64,000 nucleotides of DNA. Origin: Felis catus. Taxonomy: Eukaryota. The stretch is taken from positions 56,172,001 through 56,236,000 of the forward strand of contig NC_058369.1 in assembly GCF_018350175.1 (NCBI RefSeq), given 5' to 3'. The notes under the pieces are model-generated. The model was not told the origin of the DNA. It saw only the letters and a program-made list of their open reading frames with translations, and did not search any database. This document shows, piece after piece, positions 49,015-62,500 of the stretch. The first letter of the stretch is position 1; every line of letters begins with the position of its first letter. The position numbers and the translations under genes are program-made.

Positions 49015-50309
49015 GAAAGGATGCTGTCAAATGCTTTCTCTGCATCTATTGAGAGGATTATGTGGTTCTTGTCCTTTCTTTTATTGAGGTGATGAATCCT
49101 ATCTATTGTTTGCAGATATTGAACCAGCCCTGCATCCCAGGTATAAATCCCACTTGGTCGTGGCGAATAATTTTTTTAATGTATTGTTGGGTCCTGTTGG
49201 CTAATACCTTGTTGAGGACTTTTGCATCCATGTTCAGCAGGGAAATTGGTCTATAGTTCTTCTTTTTAGTGGGGTCTCTGTCTGGTTTTGGAATCCAGGT
49301 AATGCTGGCCTCATAGAAAGGGTTTGGAAGTTTTCCTTCCACTCCTCTATTTTTTTTGGAACAGCTTCAAGAGAATAAGTGTTAACTCTTCCTTAAATGT
49401 TTGGTAGAATTCCTCTGGAAAGCCATCTGGCCCTGGACTCTTGTTTTGGGGGAGATTTTTGATTACTAATTAGATTTCTTTACTGGTTATGGGTCTGTTC
49501 AAATTTTCCATTTCTTCCTGTTTCAGATTTGGTATTTATATGTTTCTAGGAATTTGTCCGTTTCTTCGAGAGTGCCCATTTTATTGGCATATAGTTGTTC
49601 ATAATAATCTCTTATTGTTTTTATTTCTGCTGTGTTGGTTGTGATCTCTCCTGTTTCATTCCTGATTTTATTTATTTGGGTCCTTTCCTTTTTCTTTTTG
49701 GTCAAACTGGCTAGTGGTTTATNNNNNNNNNNNNNNNNNNNNNNNNNNNNNNNNNNNNNNNNNNNNNNNNNNNNNNNNNNNNNNNNNNNNNNNNNNNNNN
49801 NNNNNNNNNNNNNNNNNNNNNNNNNNNNNNNNNNNNNNNNNNNNNNNNNNNNNNNNNNNNNNNNNNNNTTTCCTTGCTGTCCTTTTTCCAGCTCTTCAAG
49901 GTGTAAGGTTAGGTTGTGTATCTGAGACCTTTCCTCCTTCTGTCAGAAGGCCTGGATTGCTATGTCCTTCCCTCTTATGACCACCTTTGCTGTGTCCAGA
50001 GGTTTTGGGCTGTGGTGTTATTTTCATTGGCTTCCATGTACTTTTAAATTTCCTCTTCAACTTCTTGGTTAGCCCTATCATTCTTTAGTAGGATGTTCTT
50101 TAGTCTCCAAGTATTTGTTATCTTTCCACGTTTTTTTCTTGTGGTTGATTTTGAGTTTCCCAGCATTGTGGTCTGAAACTATCCATGTTATGATCTCGAT
50201 CTTTTTGTGTTTGTTGAGGATTTATTTGTGTCCCAGTACATGATCTATTCTGGAGCAAATTCTGAGCGCACTGGAGAAGAATGTATATTCCGTTATTTTA
50301 GGATTTAAA

Positions 50310-50519
50310 TTTTTTTAACGTTTCTTTATTTTTGAGACAGAGAGAGACAGAGCATGAATGGGGGAGGATTAGAGAGAGAGGGAGACACAGAATCTGAAGC
50401 AGGCTCCAGGCTCTGAGCTGTCAGCACAGAGCCCAACGTGGGGCTCAAACTCACGGACCACGAGATCATGACCTGAGCTGAAGTCGGACGTATAACTGAC
50501 TGAGCCACCCAGGCACCCC
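50310..50519 (-). mobile_element. CanSINE inserted in L1 ORF2
   Basis: TSD tttaggatttaa; interrupts the endonuclease-proximal ORF2. Confidence 0.95.
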
Positions 50520-51149
50520 GTGTTGCTTTAGGATTTAATTTTCTGAATATATCTGTTAAGTACCTCTGGTCCAGTGTGTCATTCAAAGCCATTGTTTACT
50601 TCTTGACTTTCTGTTTAGATGATCTGTCCTTTGTTGTAAGTGGGGTGTTGAAGTCCCCTACTATGATGGTATTATTATCAATGAGTTTCTTTCTGTTTGT
50701 GATTAGTTGACTTATATATTTGGGTCCTCCTACATTTGAAGCATAAATCTTTACAATTGGTAGGTCTTCTTGGTGGATAGACCCTTCATTATGATATAAT
50801 GCTCTTCTTCATCTCTTGTTACAGTCTTTATTTTAAAGTCTAGATGGTCTGATATAAGTATGGCTACTCTGGCTTTCTTTTGTCAGCCATTAGCATGATA
50901 GATGGTACTCCATCCCCTTACTTTCAATCTGAAGATATCTTTAGTTCTAAAGTGGATCTCTTGTAAACAGCATATACATGGATCTTGTCTTCTCATCCAT
51001 TCTATTACCCTATGTCTTTTGGTTGGAGCATTTAGTCCATTGACATTTAGAGTGAGTACTGAAAGATATAAATTTATTGCCATTATGTTTCTTGTAGAGT
51101 TGGAGTTTCTGGTGGTGTTCTCTTGTCCTTTCTAGTCTTTGTTGCTTTT

Positions 51150-51150
<1 letters not shown>

Positions 51151-51195
<45 letters not shown>
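51151..51195 (+). repeat. (CT)n microsatellite in the L1 inter-ORF region
   Basis: Read directly. Confidence 0.95.
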
Positions 51196-51198
<3 letters not shown>

Positions 51199-54147
51199 CT
51201 TTCTCCCCTCAGAGAGTCCCCCTTAAACTTCCTTGCAGGACTGGTTTAGTGGTCACAAACTCCTTTAATTTTTGTTTGTCTAAGAAACTTTTAATCTCTC
51301 CTTCTATTTTGAATGACAGCCTTGCTGGATAAAGAATTTTTGGCTGCATATTTTTCCAATTCAGCACATTGAATATATTCTGCCACTCCTTTCTGACCTG
51401 CCAAGTTTCTGGTGATAGGTCTGCTGAAAACCTGACCTGTCTTCCCTTGTAGGTTAAGGACTTGTTTCCCTTGCTGCTTTCATGATTCTTTCCTTGCCTG
51501 AGTATTTTGTGAATTTGACTGTGAGATGCCTTGTTGATGGTCAGTTTTTGTTGAATCTAATGGGAGTCCTCTGTACCTCCTGGATTTTGATGTCTGGGTC
51601 TTTCTCCAGATTAGGACACTTTTCTTCTGTGATTTGCTCACTTAAACCTTCTACCCCTTTCTCTCTCTCTTCATCTCCTGAGACCCCTATGATTCTGATG
51701 TTGTTCCTTTTTAATGAGTCACTGATTTCTCTAATTCTTAAATCGTGCTCTTTTGCCTTGGTCTCCCTCTATTTTTCTGTTTCATTATTCTCCATAAGTT
51801 TGTCCTCTATATCCCTGAATCACTTCTCTGCCTCATCCATCATTGCCACCATGGCATCCTTTCAAGATTGCAGCTCAGTATACCATTTTTTATTTCATCC
51901 TGACTAGATTTAACTTCTGTTATCTGTGCAGAAAGGGGTTCTAATCTATTTTCGACTCCAGGTAGTATTCTTATTATCGTGATTCTAAATTCTGATTCAG
52001 ACATCTTGATTGGGTCTGTGTTGGTTAAAGTCCCTGGCTGTCGTTTCTTCCTGCTCTTTCTTTTGGGATGAATAACTTCGTTTTGTCATTTTCAAGGAAG
52101 AAGAGGAATTAATCACGTAAAAAATATAAAATTAAAAATTAAACACACACACACAAAAATCAAAGAAATGATGCTAGATCCTAGGTGTGTTTTGTTCTGG
52201 TTCTTGAATGGAGATTGATAGATTGGAGGGGAAAAAAAGGGAGGGAAAGGAAAACATTTGAAAATTTGAAAAAATGAATATAGAATGAAAAATGATATAG
52301 AATAAAATGAAATGATGGAAGTAAAATAGAATTTGAAAACTTACAAAAAGTAAAAAGTATAGTAGAAAGAAAAATTAAAGAAAAATATTTTAATAAAAAT
52401 TGAAAATAAATGTTTTCTCTTCCTGTAGTCAAGAAAAAGAAAAGAAACAAAAAAAGAAAAAGAAAATGGAATAGATGGACCAGCAAACAGCCTGAAATAT
52501 GGTTGAAATTACATCCTTTTTCCCTAGAAGTCAAACTATGAAGCACTTTATAGTCCATAAACTAAGCAAGCAGAGAGACTTTTGGTGTTCCTGAAGAGCG
52601 AGGTTGGCCCAGTTGGGCAGGGCTTAGTGTAACGGCTCCAATCTCCACTAGATGGCGCTGCTTAGCTTACTGGGGTGGATTGTTGTGGTGCTTGTAGGTA
52701 TGTATGCTCATGCGCGGGAGGGGTGAAAATGGCGACTCCCGGCTACCTAGTCTCTAGTATGGGAACTCTGCTCTCCCCAACCAGCAGTCGTGCACCTGTC
52801 CTTTGTCTCCGGCTTCCATTCACTGCCTGCTTTTACACTGTCCTGACCAAGCCGTCAGGTTGCCAGGCGGCACCTCCCTCCTGAGTTTTATCTCAGATGC
52901 AGTGGTGTTTCCCGACCCCTTACTTCTGAGGGTCTCTGGCTTTGACCCGCTGAGACTTTCCGCGGGAGAGTCTCACTGAGCAATGGCCAGGTGCCAACCA
53001 CACCCAGGAACGTTCATGGGACCGTGCTGCTGCTGACGCGCAGAGACTGCGACTGGGTGCCAGCCCGCCCCAGAAAAAGTTCACGCAATCGTATAGTGGC
53101 AGCATTTCAAGGATTATGCAAAATCACAACACCATTCTGGCGCCAGGCTTCACCCTTGACAACCTTGTTCCAGCACTGGCGAATATGGTTGTTCTCCGGG
53201 GTCTGCTGGTACCTTTGCCTCTGTGGGGGCCGCAACGCCTCTACCAGATGTCCTCCCAGCAGGGGAACCGCCTCTCCCCTGTGGCTTGAAGACCCTCTGG
53301 ACTTCACTCTGCTCCTGAGGATTTGCCCTTCCCACCAGAGCACTGCCAGGTATTGAGTTGCGGACTTCCAGGCTCTGTGTTCCACCTGTTTATAGCATCT
53401 TAACGGAATTTAAGCCTTCTCCTTTCTCCTTTCTCCTTTTTTAGTTCAGTCACTGTGGCTGTTTCCACTTTTTCACTTTCCCTCCAAATGCTTTTGGGGG
53501 GGGAGTGCTTTTCCCGTACCTCACCCCCCCCCCCCGCCTGTGTCTCTATCCTCTCTCTACATGCAAAAACAACTCCCTGCCCTCCGTGGCTTCTCTCCCC
53601 CCAGTTTGCCTCTCCGTGTCGTGTACCTGCTGAGTTCTGTGGTTCAGGTTGTGCATGTTGTGTTAATCCTCAAATCCGTTTTCTAGATGTGCAGGATGGT
53701 TTGGAGTTGATCTGGCTGTATTTCATGGATGCAAGATGCAAAAACAACTTGCACTCTCTCCCTCCATGTTGGCTCCTCCCCAGCTAGATCTTCTCATGTC
53801 AGATCACACAGCCACCGCTAAAATCGCCACACCTGGGTTTCCATCTGAACTCTCCCAATGTTGAATGTGAAAATTAATTCTTTCAAAGTCTGGATTTGGC
53901 CCCTGAGGCCTAGTTCCTGGCCCTTGGTTGAAGTCGCTTGACTAGAGATGAGCTGAGGGCCAGGAGCCCCGAGACAGGGTCCAGATTCGGGATATGCACA
54001 GCCCCTGTGCCCCCACCTGGTGGCCTCCTTGTGGACATGCAGGGGCACCCCTTCACCACCACCACCACCCCAAAATCAGCCTCCTGGGCAGGGTGCGGTG
54101 GCCTGCAGGCTGCTAGGTCTCTGCCTCACTGGCAGAGCCGCCTCACT

Positions 54148-54270
54148 GCCTGGAGCTGGCTTCGGATTCCGTGTCTCCCTCTCTCTCTGGCCCTTCCCTC
54201 GCTCACGCTCTGTGTCTCTCTCTCTCAAAACTAAATAAAAAACGTTAATTAGAAAAAATTTTTTTAAAAA
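54148..54270 (+). mobile_element. 5'-truncated CanSINE
   Basis: Only the 3' half is present (gcttcggattccgtgtctccctctct... plus A tail). Confidence 0.85.
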
Positions 54271-57200
54271 GTAGTTGCTGATTTCAGCACTATGGGGACA
54301 GGAGGACTTGGTGACTCACCCGGAGACAGAGCCAGGATTCAAACCCAGCCTGGCACCCAGGAGACGTCCCTGTCCTTCCTCCCTTTTATGACTGCCTGGT
54401 TGTTGGGCAGGGATGGCTCCCGGGGCTGATAGCTGGTACCTCTCCGAAGGACACTGGCATGTGTCATGATGGCTCCTGGGGAAGTAGAGAGGGTGGGCCT
54501 GGGCATCAGGTCTGCATCAGACCCCAGCTCTGCCCCTACCTGCTGTGTGACCTGGAAACTGCCCTGGCCTCTCTGTGCCCGGCTTTCCCAACCTGACTCG
54601 TAGGGTTGCTGTGCTTGGCACACAGTCGGCTCTCCATCGAAGGACAGAAGCCAGTGCTCCCAAAGGGACCTTCTCTTACGAGCTGAGAGGTGACACACGT
54701 GGGCCATGTGTCACCCAGAGCTGCTCCTTGACAGGCGAGGCTAGTGTGACTCAACAGGTCCTCCTGCCCGCACACCCCTCCCACCTGAGGCCTTTCCCTT
54801 GTCACTGACAGTGATGAAGAGCAGGTCACATTGCCCCAGGAAGTCTGAACTGAGTTTGTGTGACCTGGGTGAATCCCCCGTCTCCCACGACTGGGTTTCC
54901 TGGTCGTTTGAATAAGGGACAGAGCGCCACTCACTTGGGTCTTAGCTGCAAGGCCCCCAGGGGCACGATTTACTAATTGCCCCACTGCTTGGGGGCCGGG
55001 AGGTATGGATTCCAGGGCACATGAGCCTCTGCCCGGGGACTTTAGGGGACTCCAGGGGACTCATGCCCAGCCAGCCTCCTAGAACAGGGTTAGCGATCCA
55101 AGGCCAAGTGCAACTTGTTGGGAAAACAGCCCTGCCCACCGCTGAAAATGTGACTGTGACACATGGCGGGTCCCAGGTGCCTGAACCCCTGTCACCCAGA
55201 AAGCAGAGCTGGAGAGTGTGGACTACCTGTGGCTAAGGTTTGTTTTGCACCAGAACAGCAGAGCTGAGGAGTTGTGGCAGACACAAAGGCAGAGTAAAAT
55301 GCTTTATGGAGAAAGCATTCCGACCCTGCCCTGGAAGACAGGGATCACGACAGCAATGATAGCATGTCTGGGAGCACACTCAGCCCCAACCAGCTTCCGA
55401 GCTAACCCGGTGTTACCTCGCTTAATCCCCCCCACCCCAACCTAAGAGGGAGGGCTTTCAAGAGTCCCAGTTTACAGATAAGAAAACTGAGGCTCGTTTT
55501 CCTTTTGATGACTAAGCGATGGAGCCAGCTTTGAATGCCAGTGTTCCTATTTCAAAGCCACATCTCGCCACCTGGTTTGGAGAAGGGGCGGGTCCAGGCA
55601 GCTGGGACACTCCATCTTTCACACATACAGCCCCCCTCCGGGGCCTGCCGTCCCGGAGGCAGCTGGATGAATCCACTTAATCGATTTCCTCTAAACCCAC
55701 TCAATCCCTGGCGGCAGCTCTCCTGCCGGCCTGACACTTTGCTGGCTGAGGTTTTCTGGGTGAATCCTCGGCGCCCGCCCACCCGCCCTGCTTGGTCAGA
55801 CAGACTCCTCCCAGCCTTGTGATTCTAAACCCTCCACTCAACGTTTTACAGAACTGCATGATAAGAGGCCTGCTGGCCTGTGTGCGAGGGGGAGTTTATT
55901 GGGGTGGCCTCTTAACACTAAAGTCAACGCAGGAAGGGAACAGAATTGATGTGCATAATGGGACTCAACTTGAAGCTCAGAAGCTGTGGCCCCAGAAGAA
56001 ATCAAAGCTGAGGCTGAGGGCTACAAGAGAGCAGGATTGGGGCTTGACTAGTTGGTTCTCAATGTGCCATTTAATTTAAAAAAATCAGCCCCCTGGATGA
56101 TACCAGCTTGCCCTTTAAGGCCAGAATTGGCTGACCTAGCAACCTGGGCACCTGTCCATCCCAGGATGTGATTTCCTGGAACAGAGGGCCTTCATTAGGG
56201 CTGCTGCCCTCTCAGACACGGGCTGGACCGTGAGGGCCTCCCCCGCGGTGCACCTGCCCACCTGGGCACCCCCTGGACCGTGTGGTCCCTGCAAGAGCAG
56301 GGCATTCTTCACACTCGGCTCAGAGGGCCCCAGGGCATAACGGATGGATGACACGTTTATGGGGTCACATGTGTGCCCCTCTGCATGGGTGAGCATGGCA
56401 CAGAGCAGAGCCCTCCTCCCTCCCCTCCCCATGTCCTTTCCCTTCCCATCCTCTGCACCCCCCTGGTGGAGCGCTGGAGTGAGCAGGAGTTCTGAGCCCC
56501 CTTGGGTTTGTTTAGCCAATAAGCAAACTTCCTGAAGTCCTGAAGTCATACATAGTACGGTGGACGGGGAAAGGCAGAGGCTCTGGGGTCACACCCTACC
56601 CCACACTTCACAGCAAGCCCCCACTCACTTCCAGCCTCTGCTGTCTTTTCTGGAGAGTGGGACACAGTCAGCCCCACCCTCGAGCTGGGGGCATCCTGTG
56701 TACGTGACAACACCAGGCACTGAGTCATTTCAGGCCCCCTGGGGCCTCCAGCTGGAAGCCAGGCTGAGGGCAGGTGGGACCGGTGAGGGCCACAGGGTCG
56801 CGGATGTGACACAGTAGCTGTCTAAAGGACCAGGCTGAGGGTGTGCGTTCTAATATCCAGAAACAGGTAGCTGCCACTACCAAATGCACGAGTTAAGGTC
56901 ATGTTTGCTCTCTCTTGTCAATTATAATCATCCGTTTGAATAGAGGCCACCAGAGTTTTATTAGCGACATTATTGGCTGTCACAGAATGGCTCTACTCCG
57001 TTCCTAAAGTGTCCGTACAAAACTGCAATTTCCCCTCTGCTCCTGCACTCACTCTCATGCTCAGCGTCTCCTAGGAGCTCCCCATAGCCTAAGGCCTGCC
57101 CCACTCCAGGCCTAAACTGGAAAATGAGGGCCTGCCCACCTTTCCCACCTGTGCTGTGTTCCCACGGTAATGAACCAGCAGTAATCCCGAGCACCCAAGC

Positions 57201-57302
57201 TGTCCCCACACCTTTACACCTCTGTGCCATTCCTTCTGCTCTCCATCCCCTGTGCTTTGAGCCCTCAGCTCCCTTATCCACTTGTCCCTTAGAGCTGGAT
57301 GG

Positions 57303-57820
57303 TGTCAGATGCTCACATAGTAACCTTTGTTCAGCCCGCCCTGCCTTCTTCCTGTGGATGCTCCACTTGGAGGAATCAGGGTTGGTCCAAGCCAGTCACG
57401 GCAACCACTTTTCCTGCAACTGGTGACTGGCTGAGGAAGGGGCTCGGGACCCAGTTCTGGCCAATGAGGTATTAGAGGAAGTCTTTGGGGGCTTCTATGA
57501 GAGATTCTCCTTCCTGAGAAGAGGTGGGCAGGGTTCAAGAAGGTGCCCCCTTGCTTCCGACTTGAGTGCTAACTGTGCAGATGTGACGGAGTGGAGGCAG
57601 CCACACGGCAACCGTGAACCAGTGACACCAATATTTTGTTAACGGTAGAACGGAGAGGCAGGCAGCACCTGGGTCACTGATGACATTGTGAGCCACCAGA
57701 CCACCTCTGGACCTCCCATCTCACATCGTCATTAAACATTCAATGTTAGATGCCTTCATAGTTTAAGCCACTCTTGGTAGGGTTTTCTGTCACTTCAGCC
57801 AAACACATCCAACTGATACA
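57303..57820 (+). mobile_element. LTR16-like ERVL LTR relic
   Basis: ggccaatgag...gaggaagtct..gggggcttct, with the 3' end tttaagccact..ggttttctgtcact..ctgataca. Confidence 0.6.
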
Positions 57821-59106
57821 GCCTTCTAGTGTCGGTTAAAATGTCTCTGTTCTTAACTAGTTCCCCAGCAGACTTGGATCTCTGCCCCTGTCCCTGTACT
57901 CTACACCCATGAGCTACGGTGCTCTGTCTGTCTGGTTGGCCCATTCATGTTTGGTCTGTGAATACCTCTGGGACAAGCCTCTGCCTTTTCCTCTCTGGCC
58001 AACATGAGCCTGCACACAGTGGGCCTTTGGGTCACCCCAGGGACCTCACCACACCCTCTCCTCCCCCATCATGGCCAGAGCCTCCAGCCATCATGGAGCC
58101 TTCCAGTTCACTTTGGCCCAAGCACTGCTTCCGGACCGCAAGGGCTTCGACAGCCTCTTCAGTGTAAAGCGTGAGGTCTTTTCTAAATAGAGCTTTCCAG
58201 CTGTCAGCTCTTGCCTCGTGTGTCCCTTCAAGTGCTAAGCTGTTGATTTCTTGTCAGCTTGGCCTCTCCTGTGGCAGGCACGGGAGGCCACAGTGCACAG
58301 AAAGGAGTGCACGAGTGAGACATGGAAAGTGCAGTGATGGATACATCCCATTCCAAACCGAGTGAGACTCTTGGCATGTTCTGGAAAAGACCTCGGGTGT
58401 GCAAGTCGGGCGTCAGGTTCCCCAAGGCTCCAAGGAAAGAGATGTCCCAGGCATGATGGAGGGGTGAAGGCTCTTGGCCTCCCTTGTAGCAGCTCCCAAT
58501 GCCGGCTGTGAATGGGGGACTGCCCTGTTGTCACAGGAGCAGGACTCTGCCAAGGAAAGCAAGGGAAAGAGAGGGATTCTAGTCTTCGGGGAACTGGGAA
58601 GGTGTGTTAGTGCTGGGGAAAGAAGGTCCCTGCCTGCCTTCAGTGCACATTGCTTTTTTGAGTCTTGTAACAGGCACATGACAGTTACCAAGTCTCAGGC
58701 ACCCACAGAATGCCAGGCGTGGGGCCAGGTGCCCTGACACACGGAGAGGCCATACCATGAGGCTTCTCAGGCTGCACACAGCAGAATGCAGGTGTGCAAT
58801 CTGGGCTCCACACTTCCAAGCTATAGCCCTGTCACCTCCTTTCTCTGAGCCTCCGCCACGTCCTCTAAAATGGGGTCATCAGTTGCTACCTTAACAGGGT
58901 CGGTCCTATGAGGATTAATTTGGGTAATGTGACTGGCCCAGCCTATGGCAGGCCGCCAACAGATACGGTTTGAATCCATTTGGATCTCCAGGTTAGACTG
59001 TGGAGTTTTGCACTGTTATCTCAAAGTCCCCCTTGAACCTAGCCTAAATCCATACTGTCACAATTCCAGGATGCTCCATTTAGACAACTTCAAGGAGCAA
59101 TTGGAG

Positions 59107-59147
<41 letters not shown>
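59107..59147 (+). repeat. (TTG)n microsatellite
   Basis: Read directly. Confidence 0.95.
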
Positions 59148-59148
<1 letters not shown>

Positions 59149-59149
59149 G

Positions 59150-59560
59150 AGTGACAGAAAAACCAAAGCGGCCTAAACAAGCAATCAAACGAGGCAGGAG
59201 AGAATGATTTACGTCCTAAGAAGGCTAAGGGCAGACAGTTTTAGGCAAGGCCGTACCTGGGTGCTTGATGACATCAGTAGCAATCATCTTTCCCGACCTC
59301 TTGGCCTTGCTTACTTTCCTCTGTGCTGGTGTCATTCTCAGCTGGGCTTTTCTGTTAGGAAAGCAAGATGGCCCCCAACAGTCACCTTCAGCCTCCCAAC
59401 AGAAAAAGAACCCCTCATTCCCTATGATTCCAGCCCTAAGGTCAGGACCCACTGGGACCTAACTGGCACATACCCAGTGCTGAGCCAATCACTGTGGCCA
59501 GGGAGGATGGCCAGATTGAGGTCGTGTGACCACCCTCCCTAAGGAGACTCCCGAGCTGTT
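59150..59560. mobile_element. MaLR (MLT1-like) relic
   Basis: agtgacagaaaaccaa..., aagatggcccc.., tgagccaatcactgtggccaggg. Similar relics at ~200-590, ~7930-8400 and ~61270-61650. Confidence 0.5.
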
Positions 59561-62500
59561 CAACCTGTTTTCCTGTGTGGGAGTGAACCTGAGAGAACAG
59601 AGGTTAGTGTCCAGTTGCTGCCTCCTCTGTGCTTAATATCCTGGGTTGCACCTGCTCTTATCCTCTTCCCGCCTCCCACTGTCTTCGTGGCAGCACTTCT
59701 TCCCTTCCCCCACTGCTTTCTTCCGTACCATTTCACCCGTACCAAAAAGGACCACGACTTCCTGTTTGAATTCAGGATCCGGGGCCCACGCCCAGCTTCA
59801 AGATTTGTTTTTTTGCGTCCCGGTATAATCGTTTATTCAGTCAACCAGTGTCCACTGAGTACCTACTATGTGCTCCCGTGAGTTTTTTCAGGGTCTAATT
59901 ATTCTGGGTTTCTGGGGGCAAATCCCAGGAACCTTCCAAGGAAATGAGTTTTGTCTGAGCAAGCTTCTAGAGGCTAGCTTCCAGTCCCTCAGTGCCACCC
60001 ACTGTGTGGCCCTGAGGGAAGTCTTTCCCCTCTCTGGACATGTGCTTTCTTATCTGCAAAATGAGGCACTGGGAAAGTTGAAATCCTGGAGCCCTCTCAG
60101 CTCTGACATCCTCTGTGGCTGGGTCTTAGAACAAGCCCCTCCAGCTGAGTCAGCCTTAAGCACCATGGACAGTGACCACAACACTCCCTCTGCTGCCACT
60201 AGGAGAATCCTGGTTTCTGTCCCCGTGGGTGTGCTGAACTGAGTCCACAACCACATAGTTTTGTGTCTGAACCTTCCATTTCTTGGCTAATGAGAACACC
60301 CAGGGCAGAGGAGACCCCTCGGCTTTCTGTGCCTGTGTGGACCCCAAGGCTCTAAGTTCCTGTAAGGTGGCCTAATGCTGCTGCTACAGAAATTCTCTTT
60401 TGAGGTGTTTGTGAATCCCAAGCCCTCCCACCACTGAAAGTCAAGTCTGGAACTCTAAAAGGAAGCATAGGGAGGGAGGCCACATGGAGGAGAGGAGAGG
60501 ATCCGATAGAGGTTGCTATGTGTCCATGGAGCCCATCCTTCCTCTGCCTCCCTGTCCCTCCCTTCTTCTTCTCTCACCCACTCCCCTTTCTCTGTTATAG
60601 CAGAAAGTAGTCTTAACCCCATGGAAGAAGAAAGATGCCTGATGTGTCAGTAGGGAGGTGAGGGATCCTTTTGAGGCATGCCCAGTGGGAGGACTTTCTT
60701 TTTCTTCCGGTTGAGTCTAGTTTCTCTTCACTCTTTGAACACTTGGAGACATGAATTAATTCCCCTGGTCACTGTGTCACTCATTTGTCGGCTCACTCGG
60801 CTGCTCACCCCATCCGTGTCTTCCCATCTTTATTGAGCTCAGCCTTTTTTGTCAAGCAAGAAGGGAGATTTCTTAGGAGAACATAGACAGCCCAAGGACA
60901 AGCAGAGAGTAGAGTAGCTGGTCCTCCCCAAAGATGGGAGCCAGCAACTGTTTAAGACATGAGAAGCCAAGCCTGCTGTATCTTTTCGCCATTCTGGGGT
61001 CACACATTCACTCACCTCTGCTCCTCTTTGTACATCACTAGACCCTTCCATCTTTTCAATCTCTTGGCTTCTCTCCATTTCCACTGCCATGACCCTAGTG
61101 TAAAGTACTTTTCTTTTTTTTTTTTTTTTGCCTGGGCAACTGAGGCAGCCTCCTGAATTTTCTCCCGAATCCCACCCTTGCCCACTTCCAATCTGTGTCT
61201 CTCACTACAGCCAGAGGGATTTTTAGAAATGAACAGTTTATTCAACAGATTTCACTGATCCTAGGAAAGATGTCAAACTCATAAGCACGGTGTGGAACTG
61301 GATTACCACTCCCCCACATTCGGTGCCCTGTATCGAAGTGCCCTGCTCGGTTGGAGGATTATACAGCACGGCCCATGTTGTCCTCAGGCATGGCAGAGAG
61401 GCTGCTGAACAGTGAAAACAGATGTGAGCACACGCGTGAAGAACCAGTGTGAGTAATTTACCACTTTTCTTTTCCTTTTTCCACGACAATGGCAATATAC
61501 CAGATAGAGACAGACTGCTCCGTCAACCTGAGTGCAGAGGGGAGAGGAGACGAAGGAGAGCCACATGTGCATGTAGTCTGAGACATAAAGAAACTTTATT
61601 GTAGGCCACAGAGATTTAGGGAATTGTGTGTTACGCAGCGTAACCCATCCTAACCTAACCGATACGCATAATCCATGAACTCTTGCCCATTGCCCCATTG
61701 CTTTGCTGAGGCACCACTGGCCTTTCGGTCCTTACACAAGTTGCTCCCTCCCTCCTTACAACATTCGTCTGTGACTCTCTCTCTCCTGGGAAAGTTCTTC
61801 ACTCCCACTGTTGGGCAGTTGACAGTTACTCACCAATGAGGTCTTGGCTTCGCTGTGAAGTACTCAGGAAAGGATGGCCTGGTCTCTGTTCAGAATACCT
61901 AGAATTTACCTTCTTTGTCATTAGAGCTCTTTCAGTACACTCTAAGTTGGAGGAAAACAGAGCCCAGGGATTTAGATCATGCTTCTTTGAGGCCCTACTC
62001 CACCCCTCACCAATGTGCCCGAGGCCATGCTGAGGGGCTGGAGGTAAGGGGGTACATCAGCCCTGCGCCCTGCTCCCACAACCTGCCCCGTGACGGGGGA
62101 GATAGGTGTGCAAGCGGCAGCGTTTGAACCCATTATGATCGTTCTAGCAGGAAATTAGTGTAAAGAGGCCAGTGAGAAGGCCAGGAAGAGGGGGAGTCAG
62201 AGATGGCTTTGAGGAGGATTTGGAGGTGTCCAGGTGGGGGGAGCTTCCTGGGAGAGTGGGCGATGGGGGGATCTGACGGAGGGATTGTAGGGCAAGAAGT
62301 GGTGCCCAGAGTTTCCAGGACTTGAAAGAGGATGAACCCAGGAGAAGTTGGAACCAGAAGTAAATATCTGGCGTCTGTGTGTATTCCTGGGAACACAAGT
62401 GAGCGTTCCTGTTGGAGTGCCTTTGCAAGCTCATGGTGTTGGCTTCTTGGGGTCGAGGGATGGTGATAACGATGACAGTGGGTTCCAAGCCCTTTCACAC

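Larger units (their letters stand above)
46811..53781 (-). mobile_element. Near full-length carnivore/felid L1, inactivated
   Basis: 5' end GGGAGGAGCCAACATGG on minus. ORF1 ~52090-51210; ORF2 broken into several frames (EN: LTLNVNGLNAPTKR; RT: [24 protein letters not shown]; C-terminal RCWRGC..HCWW). Poly-A tail at ~46811 and TSD ct(g/a)gatcttct on both sides. Confidence 0.95.

Noticed and set aside
46811-53781. L1 as an active element
   Set aside because: ORF1 and ORF2 are broken by frameshifts, stops and a SINE insertion.
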